A DNA stretch of 20,000 nucleotides from Paecilomyces variotii (taxonomy: Eukaryota), in NCBI GenBank assembly GCA_004022145.1, contig RCNU01000007.1; one strand, written 5' to 3'. Position 1 is the stretch's first letter. The number at the start of each line of letters is the position of its first letter. Under the pieces are notes generated by a model. The model made no database searches. It was not told where the DNA came from and saw only the letters and a list, made by a program, of their open reading frames with translations. The position numbers were made by a program, and so were the translations under genes. Positions 12,043 to 20,000 of this stretch are shown in pieces.

Positions 12043-14890
12043 ATGCCGCCGCTAATATTATTATTTTTAAGTTTTTCCTCCTCCTTACTTTACTTTAATA
12101 GGGACATATTAGGATTACTAGGTCCTTTATTATAGTTTTAGAATTATATTATTTGTACTCTTATAAAGACCTACAAGACTCTTTTATTTTTAGATACTAA
12201 TATCTAGGATATAAATTTTGATTATAATCTTATTAAATAATATAAGCCCCAATCTAAAGCTAATATTCCTAACTTAACCGAACTTAAGATAGTAAGATAT
12301 AGTTAAAGAAAGGCTATTATCTATCTAGCTTTTCTAGAACAGGTTTAGATTTTTAAATTTTAATAAAATAAAATAAAGTTTGTAAAATAGCAGTCTAAGT
12401 TTTAATAAATAAAAATAAAGATTTAATTATATATATAGCAATACTATTAAGAAGTTGCAGATAATATTTCTAGTGTTTCTTATATATAATATTTATATTG
12501 CTCTATATTTCTTCAATATCTTTATAAAGGAGGAAATAGCACTAGCTTAATAGCCGCCTATATAAAAAGGGCTATATACTGATCTAGAGATAAGACTTGG
12601 AAAAATAGTAATATTTAAAATATATTAATTGTAAAGGTAAGAACTAAATAATTAATATAGACTTTATTACTGATATTTTCTTTAAAAAACTTTTAATCTA
12701 ATATATATATTAGATATATTATATAATCAGATCCTATATTTTATTACAAAATATTGCCAATTATTTTAAATAGTTAAATATATTTAGTTTTACTGTATGT
12801 TATATATAGCTGCTAATAATTTATATCTAGAGTTACCTAACTGATATTAGATTCGAGCACGCCTTTTTAAATTTAAGGAGATTAATCATACTAAAATACT
12901 GTTATATTTATTAGAGCAAAAAAAAATTTCTTTAATATTAGATTATTAGACTAGTTAAAATTAATATTCTTTTCTTACTATAACTAGGTATTTTATTGAT
13001 ATAAAATAGGTATATAAGGAAGTATTCTTAGCCTTTAATTCTATCTACAGATTATATACTAGGAAAAACTTAATTAAAATACTGCTAAAGAATCTTTGTT
13101 AATATAATCTATAATATTAGATTCTTATTATTACTATAAATAATGCAAGTAATAATATTATCCTAATAGCGGAGCTAGATAAAAGCCTAAGGGATAAGCT
13201 TAAAACAGATTTATTATTAGAAAATTTCTAAGATATAATATTAAGTTAACTTATTTTAAATCGCTATTATATTCTATATTTAGCATATATTTTATAATTT
13301 GCAGTTAATGCTTTACTAAGTAAACTCTATATTAATGCTCCTATTAATGATGGTATTAATTAGGATATAAAAAAGGATAGAGGCTTATTATATCCTTAGG
13401 GTATCCTAATATTATTAGAAAAGGTATTCTTTATCTAACTTAAGTTAGATTAATACTAATAGATTTTTATATAGGTTTGTAAGATTATTAGATTTATTAA
13501 TGCAAGCCCTTAGCGTTAGAAACATTTTTTAATATTATAATAATTAAGTACCAATTAGCTAAAATTATTACTTCTTAATTGCCGGACATAATGGAATTTA
13601 ATATACTTTATACTTATATATGCCCTTGAACTATATGCAATAATTGGATGATTTATTATATTATAAGCTAATAAAGATATTTATTTTCTGATATTATCTC
13701 CTACTAAATGGTATTAGATTAAATATTTTATTAAATTAACCTAGCTATTCTATAATCTTATTCTCGCTATATTAAAGATAAACAGTCTATTAGTTTATAG
13801 GGTTTTTGAAATCTATAATATTATCTTTAATTATCTTAATAACTATATAGAGCATTTAAAATTAAAAAGAGCTATATAAAAGATCTAACTCTGAAATACT
13901 TTATTTAAAGCTTATAATAAGTTATAAACTTATTATGCCAAAATATATAAATCTTAAGGATTTATATATATAATTGCAATGATCCTTTACCCTAGTATAA
14001 AATTTAAATATTTCAAAACTTAAGTCTGGCAAGATATAATAAAAAACTAGCATAATACTTATAAAAAGATTTTTTATAAGGTATTTTAATACTATAGTAA
14101 TTAAAATCTAAATATTAAGGTATAATCGGGAACCTATTTATTAGTCTTAATTTTAGATTATATGCTTATACAATCTAAATATTGTCATCTCCCTTTAAGT
14201 ATTACTAGTATTTATTGAGAAATTCAGACTTATCTTACTAAAGGTAATATTCTATCTAATATTATATCTAAATCATATAATATTATTCTAACTTAAGTTA
14301 GATTAGGTTTATTAGAATTAGATAATATCCTTAACTATTAGAGAATTAATAAATATTAATTCCTAATTTTTATAATAATAGCCTAAGATTTTCTTATAAT
14401 CCTATTAAATAATATTGGTATAGAATAATTATTTAATAATGCCCAAGATATCTGCTATTACCAATATAGCTAACTACTTCCTAATATAATCTATGTTTTA
14501 ATACTTCTTATATATACTAAAAATTTCACTATTTAGTAGAAGTTTAAGGCAATAACTAATAATATAGATATAATACCTAATAATTAATAATCTAAAAGGG
14601 AGAAGATTAAATCGCTAAATCTAATTAGTGATAATAAGAATATAAATAATATATTAGAAGGAGAGATAGATATAGATAATAAAGATTATTAAATAGAGCA
14701 GTTCAGGGGTTAAGGTCTTTTAAATATTTAAATAGATTAACCTATTACTAAGTCTACTTATAATAAAGGAGAATAATTAGATAAATTGCCTATATTTAGA
14801 GTTTTTATATATCTTTAGAGGAATATAATAACTATAGATAGATCTAAGTCTTCTAATTATTACTTACGCCAGATTAACTATATTAAAGGC
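12043..14890 (+). pseudogene. hAT transposase, RIP-inactivated (3' end approximate)
   Basis: De-RIPped motifs appear in the correct order. BED finger CxxC...GGNSTSxMAAH at ~12490-12580 is in frame with ATG 12043. LDCWTSxNQYSFLAITGYFID has the first D at 12941, followed by GSHTGKNLA, ITTDNASNN (~13130-13156), HIPCLAHILQ (~13268-13297), LEK^VRKI..FINASPQR across intron 13424-13474, and DCRTRWNSTY (13577-13606). After intron 14244-14306 comes MARDFLAIP...GVERLFN.ARDICHYRR with E at 14423. Confidence 0.93.
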
Positions 14891-15059
14891 TAATATAAAT
14901 GTTAAAAATCTAATTTAAGTTAGACTCTAATATTATATTCTAATATTATTCTACTAATTTTTAGTTAATATTTAGTGATAGATATTATAAAGAAATAAAA
15001 ATCTAAATAGTTCTTAAAGATTAATAAGATTTATATAAAAATTTAGATTAATCTAAAGT

Positions 15060-15250
15060 AACTAAAAAAAACCAAAAAAACCGAATTAAACTAAAAAACC
15101 CAAAAAAACCAAATCTAAAAAAATTATATGGTGCACTATAAACCATCGGTTCGGTTTACAAAGTCTATAAACCGTTCCGGTTTATAAAATTATAAACCGA
15201 ACCAAACTATAGGCAGTTCAGTTCGGTTTAATTCGGTTTTTTTAGTTTTC
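15060..15250. repeat. Right subterminal repeats of the hAT
   Basis: Dense AAACC(G)AA / TTCGGTTT units in both orientations next to the right TIR. Confidence 0.8.
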
Positions 15251-17579
15251 TATAACCACTCTATTTAAATATTCTTTTAAAAAGAGGAAATAAATTTATA
15301 TTTTAGTAATTACTATTATTAGTAGTAATCTTTAACTAATTCTTAGGCCTTATTATCTTATTAAGTCAGAATATAATACTTATATGCTTTTTATAGCCTA
15401 AATAGGGTATTTAAAAAATAAGCTTAAAAAAAATTAAATAATTCTTTTATTATAACTTTAGCAGGTACTTAATTTAGCTAAAAATTTATATGCTAAGATA
15501 ATATTTTTATTTAAGTAGCTTAATACTAATTTTATAATATAGTTTAGAATAAAATTTTATTAGGATATAAATAGATATAATATAGTCTATACTAATAATA
15601 TATTATTATTTATTCTTAGTATATTCTAGTTATTGCTTTTAAGACAGTATTTAGCTATATTTTTTAGCCTAATTTTATATTTATTTTAAGCCTAAGATTT
15701 AGTGTATAAGATTAAAATAGAAATAAGTTCTTTATTAGTTAGCTAGAAATACTAAGATTTAAGAATATATATAGAAAAGATTATATCTACTATAAAAAAG
15801 ATATATAACTTATTTAATATAGAGATTACTTATATTTATTTATTTATTTAACTTATTTATCTTTTTAAGATAAAGTACTCCTATAGTATTAATAATTATA
15901 ATATTAAATTTATCTAGGATTAATTAAATATAATTAAATTATCTAAGGTTTAATAAGCTAAAAATATCTCTTCTCTTATTAATTTTAAGCCAATCTATTA
16001 GAATTAATATTTAGAACCTCTTAAATAAATAATATATATTTTTTTTTACCTCTTAATATATAAAATTATCTAACTCTATTATTATTATAGTCTATTTATA
16101 ATTTCTTAAAATAGGGAAATAGTATATCTCTTATTTACTTTATTTAACTAAGACTATTTAGATTATTTAAAAGAAGCCTTAGCTAAATATTTTTTAGAGG
16201 TTTATGCTAGGTTATAAATATATAGTCCTTTTAATATTTTTATAAAATATAGAATTTTAACACTTAACCCTTATAGATAAGAAGGTAAGCTCTTTATATT
16301 ACCCTACTAAAGTTAGTTAGAACTAAATATAAAGTAGTAATAAATAAATTTTATATATATATTATTAAGATTATATAGAAAGGCCTTATATATTTATTTT
16401 TAATAAAAGATTTATTTTATATTATAATTTTTAATACTATTAAATATTAGGATAAGGCTATAAATAATCTAAAATATATTATATTTAAAGTAGAGGGAAT
16501 TATTATTATATTAACTATTCTAAGTTTAAAAATAAGATTTTTAAAAAGGTAATTACCTAAATAGTTATTATAAGTTTTAAAGATATTATTAGCAATATAA
16601 TAAATATTATAATAGGGCTAATTATTAATTTATAATTAAATCCCTAAGTCTATATTAATTAAAGTTTATAATATTTTTAGTCTTAAAAAGAGGAGTATAT
16701 AATAGCTAATTTATAGTTTACTTCTATAGCTTATCCTTATAATATAATAAATATATTATAATAAATAGATAGACTTATCTTCTTATAAATAAGTTAATCT
16801 ACTGCTTATTATTTTTATAAATAGAGAGATTATTTATTAATTAATTATATTAAATCTATAAACTATATATTAAATAAGAATAAAGAGAATTTAATAAAAT
16901 ATATTATCCCTATTATTAGTAACTTAGAAATAGATATAAATATAAATAATATAGAAGGTAAAGGATAAAAGTTTAAATTAAAGCAGAAGTATAAGAAGAG
17001 GCTAGCTAATATATCTAATAATAAAAAAAAGATTAAACTAATTAATAAAGGGTTAAGGTATTAAAAAGAAGAGAATTAAGACTTCTTATAATATTACTAT
17101 TATATTATCTAATATTATTAAAAATTTTAAAAGCCTTATATTATTTTTTATTAAATTAGAAAAAGAATAATTATTTTTAAGAAAAAAAATATAATATAAT
17201 TAATAATATTTATTATTATAATTATATTAAAAGTAAAGAATTATTAAATACTTAATGCTAAGTATAAATTTATAAAGGCTTATTTATATATATATTATTA
17301 TATCTCTATTTATTTTCTCCCCTTATTTTATTAGTTTTTTTTTTTTTTATTCTTTTAGGATTATATATTAATTTAAATAATAAATATTAGTTTTATATAA
17401 TATATTAAGGCTATAATTATATTAGCAGTAATTAGATTAATATAATATTTAATTATTAAGTTTCTCTCTTTTTAAGCAATTATATTATAAGTTGCAGAAT
17501 ATATATATATAGTAAGACTATAGAGTTTAGAAGTCTATAAAATTAATTAACCTTTTTACACAGGAAATTAAATAACTAA

Positions 17580-19279
17580 ATTTAGCTTCTTATTCTAATC
17601 TCTTTCTAAGCTTTACTAGTTAAAAAGATTCTATAATTTCTTTTTAACTAGGAGTTAGAAATTTAACTTATTAAGATTATTAAATATAATGCTTTTATAA
17701 TTTTAAGGAAAAAATTAATTAAAAATAAAATAAATAATATATTTTTATCTCTCTCTCTCTCTTTCTTTTTATATATATATACACTTATATATATAATTAT
17801 TAACTAATATATAATCTATACTTTATTAAGCTTATAAAAGTTAAATATATAATTTATATATTTTAAAAGTTATATCTTATATAGATTAATAAGAATTATC
17901 TACTTTTTATATATAAGATTATGCTAGTAAAATATTAATATAATTCTTAATTATAAAATAGTAAGATTTAAAATAATAAAAGGGAATATCTATAATATAT
18001 ACCCCTTTATTATTACTAATAATACTTAGCTATATACTATATTAAAGTCTATTAATTAATATCCTAATAAGAACTATTCTCCCTTAAATATAGGGTAAAA
18101 TTACTCCCCCTATCTCTTATATAAGGATAAAAATTATATTAATGCTAGTTTTTTATAATAGGTAATTAGGTTTATTACTTATATATATAGATTTAATTTT
18201 TAGAAATATTACTATAATTTTACTATTTTTAAGTATATATAAAATATATATCTACTAGCCTCTAAAAGATAAAACCTAAGTATATATCTCTTATATATAT
18301 TATATTAAGTATTAATATCTTATAGGGTATAAAAGTATATATATAAGAATATAACTATAATACTCTTTTAATAGACTAACTCTATCTATATAAATAAATA
18401 TATATTATATATTATATAGTGCAAGTAAGTCTTAATATAATATAGGTGCTTTATATATATTAACTATAATATTAGTTACTAACCTAAATTAATATATTAT
18501 TAAAGAGATTATATCTTTATTAGAAGATATACCTAATTTACTCCCTTATTTAAGTATTTTTTTAAAAAAAGAAAATAAATCTATATCTTAATAATTACTA
18601 CTATTAGTAGTAATCTTTAATTAGCCCTTAAGCCTTATTATTTTATTAAGTTAGAATATAATATTTATATACCTTTTATAGCCTAAATAGAGTATTTAAA
18701 AGATAAATTTTAGAAAAATTAAATAATTTCTTTATTATAACTTTAGCAGGTATTTAATCTAATTAAAAATTTATATACTAAGATAATATTTCTATTTAAG
18801 CGGCTTAATACTAATTTTATAATATAATTTAAAATAAAATTTTATTAAGATATAAATAGATATAATATAGTCTATACTAATAATATATTATTATTTATCT
18901 CTAGTATATTTTAGTTATTATCTTTAAGGCAGTATTTAGCTATATTTTCTAGCCTAATCTTATACTTATTTTAAGCCTAAGATTTAGTATATAAGACTAA
19001 AACAGAAATAAGTTCTCTATTAATTAGTTAAAAATACTAGGATTTAAAAATATATATAGAAAAGATTATATCTGCTATAAAAAAAATATATAACTTATTT
19101 AATATAGAGATTACTTATATTTATTTATTTATTTAACCTATTTATCTTTTTAAGATAAAATACTCTTATAGTATTAATAATTATAATACTAAATTTATCT
19201 AGGACTAATTAGATATAACTAAGTTATCTAAGGTCTAATAAGCTAAGAGTATCTCTCCTTTTATTAATTTTAAGCTAAT
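17580..19279 (+). repeat. Second direct copy of 5377-6350 plus 15264-15994 (5'-truncated duplicate of the unknown gene, lacking the hAT)
   Basis: Colinear over ~1.7 kb. For example ATTTGGCTTCCTATTCTGATCCCCTTCTAAG (5377) matches ATTTAGCTTCTTATTCTAATCTCTTTCTAAG (17580). The match ends at TTTTAAGC(C/T)AAT (15994/19279). Confidence 0.93.
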
Positions 19280-20000
19280 TATAAAGAATAGAGATTCCTA
19301 GAAGTTACTAATAAATTATTCTGCTAATAATTATAGCGAGAGAGATAGCAGCTTTATATACCTAGCTTAGAGAAGAGTTTACTAGTAAGATAAAGGGTTA
19401 ACTATTATAATAAAGAGTCTAACTAGTATAAAAAAGAGTCTATACTAGAAGGTTTTAGTAATAAAGAGTCTATATAAGTAAAGAAATAGTAAAGTATATA
19501 TTATATTAGAATAGATTACTAGCTTCTAATAAGATAGTAATCTAGAGCCTATTTATATTCTAAATCTTAAGTACTTCTTAGCTTTATCTTATATAAATCC
19601 TAAAAGCGAGAAGAGTAAGGTTTAATTAATTACCTTAGTATTATATTTAGATTTAGGGCTTTACTATAATCTTATAAGCTTATACTCTAGTAAGAAGCTA
19701 GGGGTATAATAATATCTCCCCCCTTTTTAAAGGCTTATCCTTAAGCTATTATAAAGTTATTATATTAAATATAGAATATAGCTTTATAGAGATTTATAAT
19801 ATAATAAATAAAGAAGCTTTTTATTACCTTTATAATAAAAGGTTAAGAAGTTATATAAGCTAAGAGTATTATTTATATAATACTATAAGATTAGAATTTT
19901 AACCTCTAGTAACTATTTTCTTATCTCTTATTATATATAGCTCTTAGTCTTAAATATATTTAAATAAAGATCTAGATATATTTAAGTTTACAATACTACT
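19280..20000 (-). mobile_element. LTR retrotransposon 3' end (LTR ~19280-19714, PPT 19715-19728), runs off the window
   Basis: Homology to copy 1 breaks exactly at 19280. The 435-bp segment has termini TATAA...AATA, consistent with RIPped TGT...ACA. It abuts TCTCCCCCCTTTTT, a minus-strand polypurine tract AAAAAGGGGGGAGA. Superfamily not determinable. Confidence 0.7.

Larger units (their letters stand above)
6518..14924. repeat. Dispersed 16-bp palindrome TCTAACTTAAGTTAGA, ~19 copies
   Basis: Copies start at about 6518, 7001, 7861, 8164, 8501, 8587, 9336, 9772, 10155, 10715, 11017, 11390, 11653, 11784, 11839, 12013, 13434, 14287, 14909. Deviations are mostly RIP-type transitions. Confidence 0.92.
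6356..15263 (+). mobile_element. ~8.9 kb hAT-superfamily DNA transposon (RIP-degraded)
   Basis: 13-bp TIRs TAGACTGGTTATA (6356-6368) and TATAACCACTCTA (15251-15263), 12/13 match. A second inverted 12-mer ACTGCCTATAGT lies 46 bp inside both ends (6402-6413; 15206-15217). AAACCGAACC-type subterminal repeats and a flanking duplicated TTTAAAT are present. The empty site is visible in the second copy at ~18541-18560, and there is an internal hAT transposase relic. Confidence 0.92.
4586..17170 (+). pseudogene. RIP-inactivated multi-intron gene of unknown family, split by the hAT insertion at 6356-15263 (3' end approximate)
   Basis: From ATG 4586 a protein-like frame (MPASSLR*YV*WISPAKDLPTPEDVEEIIKLPVPRIKTSVAGLFFLDPNDYEG...) has stops explicable as C>T of CAG/CAA/CGA. 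A predicted intron at 4901-4950 joins it to the next frame (PSILAFPSIERNIIIFIIPLRSF...MSTTDAAADAVVLLLP...CIAALLLPVDALFKTVPP). Further GT..AG intron-like segments follow (e.g. 5534-5611), and codon-like frames resume after 15264. Confidence 0.6.
5377..20000. repeat. AT-rich RIP-mutated repeat block
   Basis: Abrupt GC drop, near absence of CpA/TpG, excess TpA, no long ORFs. Duplicated copies differ almost only by C/T and G/A transitions. Confidence 0.95.

Noticed and set aside
6518-14924. Palindromic repeats as a CRISPR array
   Set aside because: Spacing is irregular (55 to ~1400 bp), the repeat is only 16 bp, the context is eukaryotic and no cas genes are present.
6356-15263. A Starship element, suggested by the DUF3723-like gene
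   Set aside because: No tyrosine-recombinase (DUF3435) captain is recognisable. The TIRs, subterminal repeats and DDE motifs are hAT.
5377-19279. The two long direct repeats as LTRs of one retroelement
   Set aside because: They contain exon/intron-like gene sequence that continues a gene starting upstream, have no TG..CA ends, and enclose no gag/pol relic.
5377-20000. Mitochondrial insertion (NUMT) or AT-rich contaminant
   Set aside because: The dinucleotide bias and transition-only differences between copies indicate RIP, and nuclear transposon motifs with spliceosomal introns are recoverable.

Overview
Filamentous ascomycete DNA, probably Eurotiales-like, in two compartments. Bases 1 to ~4.5 kb have normal GC and hold an intact, intronless secreted GH3 beta-xylosidase (xlnD-type) with XlnR-like and CreA-like promoter sites. 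From ~5.4 kb the sequence is extremely AT-rich, with CpA/TpG depleted and TpA enriched, the signature of RIP. Reading through the RIP damage by hand gives a nested structure. An unidentified multi-intron gene starting ~4586 is partly duplicated in tandem (second copy from ~17580). Copy 1 is interrupted by an unusually large ~8.9 kb hAT DNA transposon (6356-15263). Copy 2 is interrupted by an LTR retrotransposon at 19280. The hAT carries its transposase plus a second intron-rich gene with a ParB/Srx-like GxxRxxA motif resembling DUF3723 proteins. About 19 copies of a 16-bp palindrome (TCTAACTTAAGTTAGA) lie within the hAT, mostly in predicted introns of both genes, and I found none outside it. 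This ParB-like protein plus dispersed palindrome arrangement is the candidate novel system. All de-RIP translations and family assignments come from manual reading and recalled motifs, not database searches.
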